64,000 bases of DNA from Tubulanus polymorphus (GCF_964204645.1 NC_134034.1:4748914-4812913), one strand, 5' to 3'. Numbered from the stretch's first letter, positions 21,700 to 35,930 are shown. The notes: a model not told the origin generated them from the sequence alone. Numbers and translations are program-made.

Positions 21700-22995
21700 A
21701 ATGTGTTAGATTTAAAATCAGTTTGTCGCTTACGATTCTATTTACCTATATTTGTATCGCTAGCCGATAACGGTCTCGTTGTTTTTATTTTACTCAGCCG
21801 GTGTGAATTTTTACCGATTGTGTAATCATATATATCTTTTCCACTGATTATTAGATTAGTGTGGTCTAACGTGCTTTCACTAATTCCAGCACATATGTCG
21901 GATAGGCTGTTCTCTTTGTTCAATCGTACTCTATAAATTATGTCTGCTATAAGCGATTAAAATGATGTTTCATTTAATGTTATAAGTTTGTTCGGTAGTG
22001 GGGTTTCTTTTGGTTTGTCTAAAGAGTATCTGCGTTTCGGAATTGGTGGTTGGGTTGTGTTTTGTTCCAATGGAGGGGGTTTCTGAGGTAAATTTTGCTT
22101 TTGTTTACGTGGAGTTGGCACGGGTTTTCTTCTTTCTTTCGTATTAGCGATCCTTGAATTTGATTTCGATCTCGACCTAGATCTCTCGCGTTGTTTTTGT
22201 ATTTGTTCTTGCACAAAAGTACAAGCTCCATCGAAGGTTCGGTGTTCTCCACCACAGTTGGAACAAACGAAATTTTCTTTAATGGAGCACTCATGTGTCG
22301 GGTGGTACTTTGCGCATTTTGCGTAGATCTCGTTTTCTTCTATACACCTATACTGATTGTGACCGAACACTTGGCATTTTCTACATTGTAGAATGCTCGG
22401 CGCGCGTCTGTACGCGACGCATCTTTTCTTTACCCCGGTGAATATTTCTAGACCGTTAGTTAGTAGGAAATCGTGATCTGATTTTTCGGTAAGCACAACT
22501 TTGATTTTGTCGGTTGTTTTATTCGTTAGCGCCGATTTCATTTTCATTATGTATTTCGGTGTTATTGAGTGATCGGTTAGCGCGATATCAATATCTCTCT
22601 CGCTGTATTTAGCAACTTTGTTAATTGCTACGATGAATTCAGCCGGTTTCTCGAGCTTGTGAAAAGAAATGTCGTATTTCGAAATTTTTTGAATTTAAGA
22701 TTAGTTTCATGTCGCGATAGGATTCTGGGTTAATTCTGTAATCCCCGGACATGAGGCGTTTTATTGATTTGATCTTAATGTTGGGGATTTCTTTAACGAG
22801 AGTCCTTATAAAGGTCGGTTCATTCATGTATTTCGCTACTCTCGTAGCAATTATCGGTCTGCATGTATTTTCGTCGGTCTGATGGAATTTGGTTCGTCTT
22901 TGGCCGTCGTCCGATGGCGACTCACATGCCGGTCGTTTTCTGGATGTCGAGTCCGTACTTAAAGGTACATTTTCAGTTAATCTCGGGTTTTCCAT
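21700..22995 (-). pseudogene. LINE ORF1 (gag-like) with three CCHC-type knuckles, frameshifted
   Basis: QCRKCQVFGHNQYRC, YAKCAKYHPTHEC and CSNCGGEHRTFDGAC in ORF 21957-22547. It lies directly upstream of ORF2. Confidence 0.85.
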
Positions 22996-23195
22996 ATTTT
23001 CAGCGGGAATTACCTTCCAATTTGCGTGGAAAACCGTCCACGTTTATATGAGTGTTCATCGTAAACGGGAAATGCCATGTACTGCCACTAAATCTATTCA
23101 TCGATCTCGAACCATCGATAAAAGATGATTTGGGGGCAATAAAAATTATACGTGTACTATCGACCATTGCCCCATCGAGCAACGTCCCTATGACC

Positions 23196-23600
23196 AACGT
23201 CCACACCCTTGGCACGTTTCAGGAAGTTTGAGTCCACAGAGTTGTATTGGAAGTTGCATGATCTGTGTCTATCAAGCCCTTGTATCCTTCGCTCTCTGAT
23301 TGGTCCACTTGCCGATATTAGTCACCTGACCTTCGGTTTTCTTGGTATTTTTCTCGTGAAATCGATCTATCAAGCAGTAGTGCTCACTGCAGTCGGTAGT
23401 TGGATGTGCTGAGTTCGCTTGTCTTTTGATGGGTTTCGTAAAGCATGGTTTATCCACTCGTAAGGTGCAACTTTTTGCTGCCTCAATATTTTCTTGTGCA
23501 ATTGTTGGCGCAATACGACCCATGCTTTGCGAAAATACATCGATTGCACAACAGTTATTTACATGTGTGCCAGTTTTTGTGCAAAATCATAGCTAATGGT
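23196..23600 (-). pseudogene. Diverged duplicate of the KDZ-transposase segment 26269-26673
   Basis: ORF 23272-23523 (HYCLIDRFHEKN) is nearly the same as ORF 26345-26596. Confidence 0.75.
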
Positions 23601-24894
23601 AGGTATGTGGGAATATTTTTGGATGTTATCAGATTACATATTGAAATACACCATTGGAAAGAGCCAAAAGAGAGCTTTTCGGGGATGTATAAAACATTAA
23701 TGTAGCTTGAAAAATAAAAAAGTTACGGCAAATTGAATATCATTAATTAGGCCTAATTTTGGGGCGTTTGTTTATAAGAAAAACAGAAGACAGCCTGTGA
23801 CCAATTCCGCCTCAGTTTTGAACAAAAACTACCATAACTTTTTTATTTATTGAGATATCTACATGAAATTTTCAGGGCTTGTAGGTCTCACTATGCTGTA
23901 TAGCATAAATACATGTTTTTCTCATACCTTAAACATTTAGCAGCAATGGGACTTAAATCCTCATAAGTAGAAAAAAAGAAATTCAATGACCGACCATCAG
24001 CAAAAAGCATTTTTGTCCATTCAACAACATTCACTAGTGTGGTTCTTATTTCCTTTTAAACATACACAAATTAACATAGTACCACATCATCACACACAAA
24101 ATCTGCTGCTAATTCGACGACTCTGATATCATAATCTTCGGCATCATCATATGTTACATCCTTTCCCCAATAACCAATCGAGTATAAATTCCCAGTTTTC
24201 CTTTTCCTAATTTTTATTAAGATGTTGTAATGGGTCCAAAAATCGACAAATGAGGTTATAACTTTGACACAAAGTCATGCAATCTACTATGTTTATGCGC
24301 AAAATGTAGCTTCATCATGCGGCCTGAATCTGGTGGAAATGGAATTTTGAATATCGCGTACATTTAAGAGAAATCGACGAATTTGTGGCGATTTTTAAAG
24401 AAATTTCAAGGAGCATTTTGTTTCATAAAACGGCTAGAAGGCCGATGTACAACGTTACATTGAAGTAAAATAACTGCTCCCTGCGGTTGGCTGAGCTCCC
24501 GCTGTCAATCAATGTAAGGACATATTCGATTGACGCAGACAAACCCGTCTTTTAATCTTCTCATCTATTAATCTGCTCGGTTCTAGTTTCTCATTTCCCA
24601 GTCATGGGAGAGTCTTATATGTTTATTTTTAATTTGATAGCCGTAGTGTCGATTCCGTCTCCCCATATCTTATTTCATTATGCAAATAACCGAAGATTCA
24701 ATCGAACGGAAGATTATGCGCGCACAATCGAATAGGCCCAAACCTCGTCTCGCTTCAAGTTTTAAGTTAGCGATATTTTACCTACTATACAACGGCACGC
24801 ATAATCCTTTACGTATGATATCCTGACGATGTGTTGAATTCGATAAAACCTCACTTCGAACGCTTAAGATCACTAGAAATGTAAAAAAATTTCT

Positions 24895-25325
24895 GCATTA
24901 AAACTTTTCTTCAAGCCCATTTTTGGACATCATTTGGACGGATGGCCGCGTCAATTCTTCCATTCTGAACCAAATATCATCAAAAATTAATTTTAGAAAA
25001 ATTAATTTAAAATTAATTTTTCTAATAAATTCTATAACCTATTACTGCCTTCTTAAAATTTTAGAAATGTCTTTCGACACCTTAAATTCAAGATATTGTT
25101 CTAGCTTTGTCAAACACAAGATATTGCTCTAGTCACTTCAAATGCAAGATATGGTTCTAGCTGGGTTAAACGCTAGATATGTCTTTAGATTAGACACTTT
25201 AAATGCTAGATATTATTCTAGCTTCGTTAAACACAAGATATTACTTAAAAAAAGTCTGTGAGTTGCAAATGTTGTAAAAACATTCGAGTGAATGTATTTT
25301 GAACAAAAAAAATAATACAAGTATT
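24895..25325 (+). repeat. Diverged duplicate of 26925-27380, containing a degenerate minisatellite (AAATGCAAGATATTGTTCTAGCT / TAAACACAAGATA units)
   Basis: tgcattaaaactt...caagcccatttttggacatcat and the repeated caagatattg units occur in both blocks. Confidence 0.8.
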
Positions 25326-25329
25326 ATAC

Positions 25330-25560
25330 TTAGGCGGTTTCCGAGGTTTGTCTTGACTCTGTTTTGAACAGAAAACGCCCTCTCGGTTTCAGCATTACCC
25401 ATCATAACCAAGCAGGAAAAGGAAAATAGCTTGTACATGCCTGAAAATGATTTTAGTTCGGTTCTAAGAACATTTCGCAAATCAGTTTTGTTTTGGTCAA
25501 TGTAATTTATGAAGTAAGGTTCCTTGAAACAGCTCTCTGTGCTCCTGATTCTCAAAAAGG
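25330..25560 (-). pseudogene. hAT dimerization-domain fragment (ZNF862-like)
   Basis: YKLFSFSCLVMMGNAETERAFSVQNRVKTNLGNRLS. Confidence 0.75.
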
Positions 25561-26007
25561 ACCTTGAATAGTTCAAGAGGTCTCCTGTGGCGTTGTTGTT
25601 CATCAACAAGGCTGTGCCGCACCTTTACACATTTAAACATCAGGAATTCTTGACAACAAATCTACAATGAGTAGATGAATAAATTACAAGTTTGCAAAGG
25701 AGTGCATTACCAGCATCAATACAAAAGGCCTACCTCGGCATCTGCTTATGGGGGAAATACTCTGTGATCAACCACTTTCTCCTCTCCGAAGTGACGTCAT
25801 AGAGTAGCCAAGTGGGCAACGTCCCATTGCAGCAGGTTATCTTCAGGCTATGATTTACAAAGATCTAAAAGAAAATTTCAGGTATAATCATTGTGATGTT
25901 TAGATCAGTATAGTTCTTTTAGATGTTCATTGTGAGTGTAAAAATCATCTTGGTAAGGCCTACCTGCATTGCATTGTTCATCGATGGCTGGGAATCGTTG
26001 TTCTAGA

Positions 26008-26810
26008 TTATCTAAGAATGTTGAGAACAGTAGCCCTCAGTCTCCTTAACTGGACAATTTGTTTTCCATAATCTTCATAATATACGTTATTAGGTTTAAT
26101 TGTTGTTAGGCTGCTTAGATCCACCCCTGCCATTAAGGCCTTTTCTTCTGAATTTCTTCTCTGTCTTTTCGCCAGTGGCTCGTCCCCCATTCTTACTTTT
26201 CCCTCTGACATGGCATGGAATAACGCTCTTTTCAATCTGAATACACCAGATATTAACGGTGAAGATGGAACGTCCATACCCTTGACACGTTTCAGGAAGT
26301 TTGAGTCCGCAGAGTTGTATTGGAAATTGCATGAACCGTGTCTATCAAGCCCTCGTATCCTTTGCTCTCTGATTGGTCCACTGGCCGATATTAGTCACCT
26401 GACCTTCGGTTTTCTTGCTTTTTTTCTCGTGTAATCGATCTATCAAGCAGTAGTGCTCACTGCAGTCGGTAGTTGGATGTGCTGAGTTCGCTTGTCTTTT
26501 GATGGGTTTCGTTAAGCATGGTTCATCCACTCGTAAGGTACAATTTTTTGCTGCCTCAAAATTTTCTTGTGCAATTGTTGGTGCAATACGACCCATGTTT
26601 TGTGAAAATACATCGATTGTACAACAGTTATTTACATGTGTGCCAGTTTTTGTGCAAAATCATAGCTAATGGTGTTTGGATTATGTTTGATGGACAGCAG
26701 TACATCGCCATAGTGTTGCACGCGTTCGGCCTGGAGAATAAATTTCAGTACGTAAATGACCCCATGAGGACATGCCTTAGGGAGCCATCCACCTCGATAA
26801 AGTGAGATTT
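26008..26810 (-). pseudogene. KDZ (Kyakuja-Dileera-Zisupton)/HMGXB3-like transposase fragment
   Basis: Manual translation of ~26805-26636: GGWLPKACPHGVIYVLKFILQAERVQHYGDVLLSIKHNPNTISYDFAQKLAH, followed by HYCLIDRLHEK. Confidence 0.75.
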
Positions 26811-28859
26811 AAATATAATGATATAATTCAATAAATGATGTTGGATTGAGATGGAAGTGAAGGGTAATTTGATCGCCGGTATAGTTCATTAGAATATCAA
26901 AAAGTTAGAGAATAATATGTATATGCATTAAAACTTTACCTCAAGCCCATTTTTGGACATCATCAAGGATGGATGGCCGCTTCAATTCTTCCATTCTGAA
27001 CCAAATATCATCAAAAACAAAAATTGTTTAAACTAATAAATTGTATAAACTATTACTGCCTTCTTTGAACGTTAGAAATGTCTTCAGACACCTTAAATGC
27101 AAGATATTGTTCTTGCTTTTTTAAACACAAGATATTGCTTTAGTCACTTCAAATGCAAGACTTTGTTCTAGCTGGGTTAAACACTAGATATGTCTTTAGC
27201 CACTTAAAATGGAAGATATTGCTCTAGCTGCCTTAAACACAAGATGTGTCTTTGGACACTTTAAATGCAAGATATTGTTCTAGCTTCGTTAAACACAACA
27301 TATTGCTTAAGAAAAGTCTGTGAGTTGCAAATGTTGGAAAATCATTCGAGTGAATGTATTTTGAACAACAAAAATAAGTAGGCTGAGCCTATTACTATAC
27401 AAATGGAGCGAATTTAAATGACATGGTTTCCAGAGCAAAAGCTCTTTTACTGTGAAACTGAGCATATATTCATACAAATCATTCATTAAAGCATTATCCA
27501 TTCTCCAAACTCTACGTAGCTGAATTTTGAAAAAGGGCCTCGTTAAAATTTATGTGAGCTTTTCCGCGAATATCTGATAGGAAAAATATTGGTTTTGAAA
27601 AGCCAATCAGAAAGCCAAGACTCCTCTATGATTGGCTTAGCCGCAGAAATCAGCTGGTGTTCACGTGAGCCCGCGGTAGTCTACCGTTTTACTTCTGGGT
27701 TTAATTTCAAGATCTAGAATTGTATTTCAAGATCGATTTCTGTGAAAGCTTTAGTTAATTTGGTTTTTGGGAGGAATATTTTTATTAGTACTATGGAAAA
27801 TACCATTGACCATTGTGCAAAGTCTGGGAAAAATAGCTTTTTCTGAAATCGGATAGATGACGATGGTATGCTAATTAGCTAATGTCTACATCAAAAAATG
27901 TTGGTCATGCCTTCAAAGATGTAGGAATGGCAAAAACTTTCGGTTTTTCCACCATCTTGAGATGATGTCTACAATAAATACCTAGAATGTAGTTCCGTAT
28001 AAATCAGTTTGTGAGAAGAAAACATGGATATATTGTCTTGAGTGAAATGCTTGCAGTCTTACACCAGAGATTCGTGCGAGAGCTCCTCGTTGAAACCACT
28101 TCCAATTCTGGCCTGCACCGGAAATATCATGAGTTTTGAGAGGTATTTCCATTTTTATTCCGAGGAGAGTGGATGTAAACCCATTAAATGCACCCCATTT
28201 TCAATAGCAGAGCTTCATCAATTTTCTGGTGAATACATTTATTCCTTTTATTTGGTTTGGACCTTGAAAATATACGAAAACCTTACCAGTGATAAATATA
28301 CTACAATGTAAGCGCTACACGCCTGGAGATTTATTGCTCACTGGAACTTAAGCGATCAAAAATAAATTAGCTGCAATCGCCTCACCGTTCAGTTGGTGGC
28401 AAATTCTTTATTTGCAATGTTTATACCCATAAACGATATGAATCTAACTTCGCATGTTGATGGAATGGCTGTAAACCATCCAAACTGAAATTCCCCATCA
28501 ACAACCTGTTTCCATTGACTCCATCTATGACAAGTCTGGACTTTGAACCTAAAGTAAAACGTCATTACTGCGACATATAATTGTAACTATGTTACGTATT
28601 ATGCAAAATCCTAATACATAACCTCACTGTGATGTCAGTCATTGATTAATGTAGATGTTCGAAACTAGGTGAGATGCTGACATGCAAATTTTGTGAATTA
28701 GGCTGTCTCATACATTTGAATTAACCTCAGAATCACAGGAAAGTAATGGTAATCCTAGGCTTATTTACCACAGTCACATTTTTAGCTTTGATTCTTCATG
28801 ATATCTTGGCAGATATTAAAAAGGAATACCCTTTCCATTATGATGATTAGATCATCAAC

Positions 28860-31307
28860 TTTTTAGCCCACTTGGGACTTTAGTCCCAGCGGGCTATTGT
28901 ATCACTTTTCGTCCGTCGTCTGTCCGTTCGTCCGTCCGTTCGTCCGTCCGTAGACGGAATCCAGTTATTTTGGGAAGTTTTGAAGACGCTTCAAGGTAAC
29001 GTCTTGATATTTGGGTTACACGTGTATCTACCCTAGACACATCTTCAGCCCAAAAACTGGCCCTGTCAGAATCAAGATGGCTGACTGGCAGCCATTGTTG
29101 TTCGCCAAAATCAGCACTTTTTACACATTTTTGAACTTTTTGAGGGAAATTTTGAAGACACTTCGATTAATTACCTTGATCTTTCGGATATATATGAATC
29201 CCCCCAGGGCCCATCAACGAAACAAAAATTGGGTCGGTCAGACTCAAGATGGCCGTCCTATGACCTTTTTAGTGCCCAAAAATGCGTAATTTTTGCCCGA
29301 ATTCTGAGTCCTGTAGCTTCCTACTGGTTTACCATTTCTCATTGCAATTTGTGATGGGTATTCTTTGGAAAGGGATGTTTTATACCTCAGACAGGTATTT
29401 TTCATCAGCCAATTATGACGCAATTGGCGGCCATCTTGGTGTCACCAGTACTCATTCGTAAGTGGGAAAAAGTTTTTCCACATTATATTGATACCTAAGC
29501 GTATTTTGCTACCACAATCAATTAGAAAGTTGTAGCTCATAACGTGTTCTATGATTGTGGTGAGTTTCAAGGTAATTAGATTTCGTATATGGCCACCTGG
29601 GGCCGTTGAATAATACAATATCTTAGCATTTCTTTATTATATTCGTACCTATGCATATTTTGTAACCACAATCAATTGGAAAGTTGTAGCTCATGACATC
29701 ATCTATGATTGTTCTGAGTTTTAAGGACATTCAGACCTGCCAACTTCACAATTTCTTTTGTAGTTAGACAATACAATTTTGATAGTAGTTTTCTTATTTC
29801 AGTCAGTAGCAGGCAAAATCAAACATCCTAGTGATAGTAGCAAATCATTGATTCTCAGTAGCAGCCGAAACGACCAGATAATACCAAGAAAAACACGAAA
29901 TAATGATAAAATTCTGTTTGTATTTATTAAAAAATTGATTGTTAAACTCTCCTTCACAAAGAAATATACACACATTAGATTTACGCATTATTGCTATCAT
30001 TGCTATCAAAAAATACCTTTTAGATTTTTTAACATCTTTTTAAAGAGTCGTGTAGCATGATCTGATACTGCAAAAGCTATGTTGTGTTCGACCAAAAAAT
30101 TAATAAACATCACCTCCGCCCTTAGGGTTACCAATTCGTCTGCTGTTGGAGTATTTGATGTGAAATAGTGAGTGATTTTAGACGCTTTTGCCTTAGCTTT
30201 GTTACTTTTGCTTTCTTCACAATGTTTCCCGACATCTGTCAACCCACCGTGTGTAACAAGAAAATCAAGGTTACAGACAGTACACAGTGCATAACTATTT
30301 GATATTTGAGATGGAACAATGCACGGATACTTGGACGTATATTCTGCTCTGAATTTTTGATTGGCGACACGGGTTTTTTTTCTGTTGTTCGTTACTAGTC
30401 CCGTGTTTGGATTTTCTCTTCCTCGCAGTTACTTCACCTTCTTCCGATTCGCTTTCATCATCATCGGAATTCGATTCGTTTGCCGAAAAATCCAAATCAG
30501 ACAACGATGCCGCCATGTTAACAGGTGAACACTAAATCCAACCTCCGACTATCACATTTCATGATCGCTTATTGATAACTGCGCATGCGGACAAACCAAA
30601 GACTACCGTTCTGTGGATAGGATTAAACAATGACAAAATTGATGTGAGCGTATTCAATTGGCATTCTAACGGAACACCGGAGTGAAATAAATTTGAGCGT
30701 ATTCGATTGGCATTCTAACGGAACACCGGAGTGAAATTGATTATGGGCGTATTCGATTGACTCTTCGGCGGAGTACCGGAATGAGACCGGCGCTCGAGCG
30801 TAGTTTTTTCACCACTCCCGTAGCACCGGAGTTCTACTGGTTTTACCGTAGCGAACTCCGCCGAAATCGGAGACATTGGCAGCCCTGGACATTAGTTTTT
30901 CTATATGGTCACCAGGGGGCGTTGAATAGTAGAATAACTTAGTATTTCCTTATTATATTGGTACCTAGGCATATTTTGTTACCATGATCAATTGCAAAGT
31001 TGTAGTTCATGACATGTTCTATGATTGTGGTGAGTTTCGAGGTCATTGGGTTTTTAATATGGTCACCAGGGGGCGTTGAATAGTAGAATGACTTAGTATT
31101 TCCATATTAAATTGGTAACGAGGCATATTTTGTTATCACAATCAATTACAAAATCGTAGCTGCTGACATGTTCTATGATTGTGGTGAGTTTCAAGGTTGT
31201 TGGTTTTTGTAAATGGTCACCAGGGGGCGTTGAATATTGAAATTGTTAGATTGTTGAGCATTTGAAACCATTTCCCAAGTGGGCATGGTGTCCCTGGACC
31301 CCTAGTT
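28860..31307 (+). mobile_element. HINE, second complete copy, interrupted by hAT 29732-30887
   Basis: Same termini, microsatellite and four ~154-bp units as 17677-18940. Confidence 0.88.
29732..30887 (-). mobile_element. Non-autonomous hAT element with 6-bp TSD (GACATT), retaining the transposase N-terminus
   Basis: Termini CAGACCTGCCAA / TTGGCAGCCCTG with GACATT on both flanks. Coding remnant ALCTVCNLDFLVTHGGLTDVGKH...RAEVMFINFLVEHNIAFAVSDH (30006-30516). Confidence 0.88.
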
Positions 31308-31604
31308 TACTAATGTCTCTAAATGAGGAAGGGATTTTTGAACTCGTTAAAGCCATTTGCAATGAATCAAAAAAATTCATCAAAACAAGGTTCCTGAATC
31401 AAGTGAATTATACTTCTTCAAGTAGCACTGGGCTGGTGTGTAGCCCATTGATTTGGCAACGGAGCGAGTGATGACCAGTCATCAGTAAAATGTGCACCGC
31501 ATAGGGCTTAATGTTTAGTTGGTTGCCTGAATCCAATCGTACTTTTTGCCTTTGAATCCCTGTCGAGGGAGGATGTTGATATAGTGTATGCTATTATCTT
31601 ATCA

Positions 31605-31800
31605 TTTTCTTTTTCTCAATGAGATTATACATTTTACTTGTAATAACCAGCCGATTTCTGTTTTTTAAGCAAGGAGCCAGCCTCCTGCATTCATCTATTT
31701 CGTGCCGTTGAGGCACAACTGCAAATTTTTTGCTAAATGCTTTTCCAGAGCAGCAATTTCAAGGTCCGACCAAGGCTGACAATTACTCTTCACTGCTTTT
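31605..31800 (-). pseudogene. SANT/Myb-like C-terminal fragment, probably TE-derived (tyrosine-recombinase/Crypton-type tail, tentative)
   Basis: Manual translation across a frameshift: PWSDLEIAALEKHL...VVPQRHEIDECRRLAPCLKNRNRLVITSKMYNLIEKRK*. Confidence 0.35.
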
Positions 31801-32319
31801 CTGCTTCATTCTTTCTACCTATCTTTGAAATATTTCCAGTCGTGGACGATACTACAATATAACAAGACCAATTAGCAATCAAAATTAAAGATGCAGACAT
31901 ATGGTGGTGATAACCTTATGCCAGCTGATGAAACTTAAAGCATGAGGCACAAGGGTGATCAGTTTGCACATCTGTAATAAACCAATGTGAAGGCTTTAAC
32001 TCTCAAAAGATAGTGCATTCCAAGCTTACGTGGTGCATTGGTATTTCATCTCATGAACAAATTTTAAGGAATATCACAACCTTTTTCTGTAACCTAAAAA
32101 CAAAGTCAGAATTTTGCTTTCTATATAATATACCCAACATTAACTTTTCGCTTTCTTTTTGTTCTCGAGGCAGGCTCGTCACGAGCTAACGCAGCAATAC
32201 CAGTAGATTATGGAACTGTTATAAAATATTACCTCAGCTTAGTAAAATGTTGCGAAGAGCGATATTGATTCTAAATAATTTGACTTTAAATAGTTCAAGC
32301 AACATTTCTGGATCAAGAG

Positions 32320-35300
32320 TTTGTGTGCGGCCATGGGTACATTTCTGCAGGAGTTCGTCACTTGACAGGTCATCATAGATTGGCAATAGAAGATCAACAA
32401 TACTGTCCGGAAGCCCACATCTATGCTTAAATTTGGGGTCTTTAGTGTTGTATCCACACCAACTCTCTGGTCCCTTAGGACATAGATGGTGCTGGGGTTT
32501 CATATCTGTCGAGGCAATGTGATATAGACCCGCTTTGATCGCATTTTGCATAGCAGGCAAATCGTTCAAATTTTCTCTTATAGCTATGCCATAGTAATTT
32601 TGGCATTTGTCTTGGATCTTTTGAGTCAGCCTGCCACGACCTGATATTTTTTTGCCATCTGAAAGCCGAACTTTTGCGTTTTTTTTAACTAAAGCACGGG
32701 TGCGAGTGCCCATACGTTTTTGCACGTGGCCGATGCATTCCTTTTTCACAATCTCGACTGGACCATATGGCTTACTTTCCGAAACGGATTTAAAGGAGGA
32801 ACTATCTCCATCGCCTAGATATTCAGTATACTGAATGTTGTGGTGGTTCTCAGATCTTCCAAAGATCCTTACTGCTCCGCTGGATTCCATAGAACCCGCA
32901 CTTCCAGAGTGATTCAGGTTGCATTGTGAAACATGCTTCACCTTCCACCGCATGTATTCTCGTGATTCCATCTTACTCTCCATCTTATTACATGATGCAC
33001 AAAAGTTAGACATGACTTCTACGTCTAAAACCTTACTATTCACAGTTGATATGGCAGAGACGAATCCGTTATGTGATGCATGGCCACGACGTTGCCATGC
33101 ACCATCTACGCTGACCCCTGATTGAACTGTAACGTCACCTGGATCGGCTAGTCCTGTTACTTTTTGGTTTACCTTTGTCAGCGATATGATGTTGGCATTG
33201 AGCCAATTCATGTAAAATCGCGGTACGTTTTTTTATGTGAGCATTTGTTTCATTGGTTCTCTGCTTAAAAGACGTATAATCGATGCGATTGAAGACATGG
33301 CGAACCTCCGTCGATGACATGGTCAACTGAGTTAAAATTCTACGAAAAACTGTTTTTGGCGGGAAAATTCTTAGCTCTCGCGTATAAAATTGCAATGACC
33401 TCGATTGGGGGGGCGTTGTCTCTACGAACAAATGGGATTGTTTTTTGGATATACGGGGAATTCCGGCGCTACTAAAATTATGGGAAAGCCATAGAATGGT
33501 TTACGTTTCATTGGACTAGGTGCCGTATACGTGCCGATTTCAAATGCTCATTGCTGGTGAGGATGTAATTATTTCACTCATCTGCCATAGGTATTGTTTC
33601 ATTTTAATACCCGGTGATTGTTTTGATTGACATTGAGGTGTAAGCGAATATTCACTTACACGAGGCCTCCACATGCACGCGGAGTGCTACACCACACACA
33701 CACAAGCTCGTACAGTACACTACGGTGATGCTGTAATGCGTGAACGTTTGATATGAAAATAGGCTGAATAATCATAGCAGAAGATGAGCGCTGTGTTTTC
33801 TGTTCGATAGAATTTGTAATAAATTGTAATTTCTTGTGACCTGAAAATACTAAGCAGCAAACTAAAAGGTCTGTCGAGGTCTGAATATTGTAGTGGTAAA
33901 TTCCAGGACTTAAAACGATCTAATAGCCGATTTCTTCTGTACCACCGATATTTTAGCTTCCGTGGCCAACATTGGAAGAGGTTTCCAAGACCCAATATTC
34001 AGCCACCCTCTGATATGTGATGAATTTTAGGCCATCCCAAAATAATGGTCTGTTTGCCGTAACCCGACCAACCTGACTTCAGAGGTACCGAGTGAAAACT
34101 TTTTTCTAGGATTCATTGAAATAAATTTTATTTTTGATAAAAACAGCCGACCGACTATGAGCTACGTATGTTTGAATTCTAGTGTGCATGGTGTGAAAAC
34201 ATGCCTTGACATGTGGCCTAGTTTAAGTTTCCAGGAAACTGGCAGTGTTCCAATAAGCTGCCATTCATTCTAATAGTGACTAAAGTGACTGAATAGCTGG
34301 TAACGTGAAAGCGCGCACATATTCAATGTACCGTTTCATTTTTAAGACAGAGATGACGCTCTGGACGAAGTTATAATTTTAGAATAATTCTTGAAATCTA
34401 CGCTATTAGACAAATTTCCTGTGCGCAACGTAGATGATTTTTTGCGATATTGTTTCCATGTAAAAAAGCCCAAAGGTGAAAAATTTGTTTTTTTTTTTGC
34501 CAAAAAATTTTGCAAAAAAAAAATTCTACCTACCTACCGACTCATCCTGAAAAGTTGAGTCGGTGTTGCAGCAAACAGACAATTATTTTGGGATGGCCTT
34601 ATTTGAATATTTTTTCATATTATATTAAACATATTTTTTTGAAAATATAAAATAGTTTCCCTGCCGTGCCTACCTGTACCCTACAAACTTTTAGACGTGG
34701 ACCGCAAACAAATGTATATCTTTGGTCTTATTTGACTACAAAATAATTCTTTAGGAAAGATAAAATACAATATAAACTGTGGATCTTTGAAGTCACGAAT
34801 TAAAAAGATTTTTCAAGCAATGCCCTTACTCCAAACAACCTCTAGCTTTCAAGGTAAACCACACTTTGCCCATGGGCAATTTATTTTCTTACTTCAGCTG
34901 CAGCTTTACTTAAACTGATACGTGCCTCAATGTTGTATTTATCTGCCATGATATGAACCAAATTGGTAAAGTTCTTGGGCGTCATGGGTGGAGGCATATT
35001 CACCGCCATACAAAATTTTTCTATCGACTGCAAGCCTTCACCAAAAGATCGAAATCCATTGACCATCCTGATATTGATATCAGAGATTTGACGACCCTGA
35101 GCTCTTGGCCCAACTCCTGTTGTCCTCTTGCTAGAATTGAAGCTATCAAACCAATCACATTCTTTACATTTCATCTCTATCGTTTGGCAGAAACCAGATT
35201 TTTTATGACGGTTGACGTAACATGACACGTCCTTACCGCAACACTTACACGACACCAGTTCTTGAAATTTTTTAGTCAATATGCCCAAATCAACAATGAT

Positions 35301-35930
35301 ATAGCCCTCTGTAAGTTCTAGAGGGGTATTTGTATCAATATCAGCACTATAGTTCTCAAGAACAGTAGCAATTTTAGCTCCTGATGCGGAAGAATTCAGA
35401 AAGTTCTCGGTTTCCGCACCTTCTGCGGCTTGGGGTAGGGTGTGCTGATTACCTCTGAATTTTCTTTTACAACCCTTCTGTTTTGGTTTCCCCATATTGA
35501 ACAGCCTTTACACCATCCACGTAAACAGTCGAAACGAAATATAGTATCAATATTTCGTGCAGAATCGCTTTTATACTAAGTTTTTGCAAAAAAATTGATG
35601 AAAACTGAAGATTTCTGTGATTGAGCACTCTACTACCAGTAACACTGCAGTAGATCCACATAACCTTGAGTGTTTAAAACTATTGTTTATCTGCAGCTGT
35701 AATAGTTTTCTAAATGGCTCCACAATTTCAATTCAATTCACTAACTTATGGTAGGAGTAATTGGGGTCTAAAGTGGTAACCAAGGGCGTTGCTAGGGGCG
35801 GTTTTGCCCTGAGATAGCTAATTTTCATATGCATAAATTTAAAGAGAATATACTAAAATACCTATATCAGGGTTTACCTGAAAACCATTAAAAAAACTTT
35901 TTTTGACAATTCAGAAGGGTAAGCCTACCT
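32320..35930 (-). mobile_element. Kolobok-like element with a 'Mutator-like' (DGxWQRRG/GDGDS) transposase, split by a 1.75-kb insertion and 3'-truncated
   Basis: N-terminal half 34881-35495 (CKCC...CKEC zinc ribbon, NIRMV, MPPP). Core 32320-33134 has VSVDGAWQRRGH, GSAGSMES, YLGDGDSS, ECIGHVQKRMG, GRGRLT, HGRTQ. The end ...AAGCCTACCT|TTAC at 35930 resembles an AGG terminus with a degenerate TTAA. Confidence 0.8.
34030..34598. mobile_element. Zator/Harbinger-type MITE (GG termini, TTA TSD)
   Basis: TTA|GGCCATCCCAAAATAATGGTCTGTTTGC ... GCAAACAGACAATTATTTTGGGATGGCC|TTA. Confidence 0.85.
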
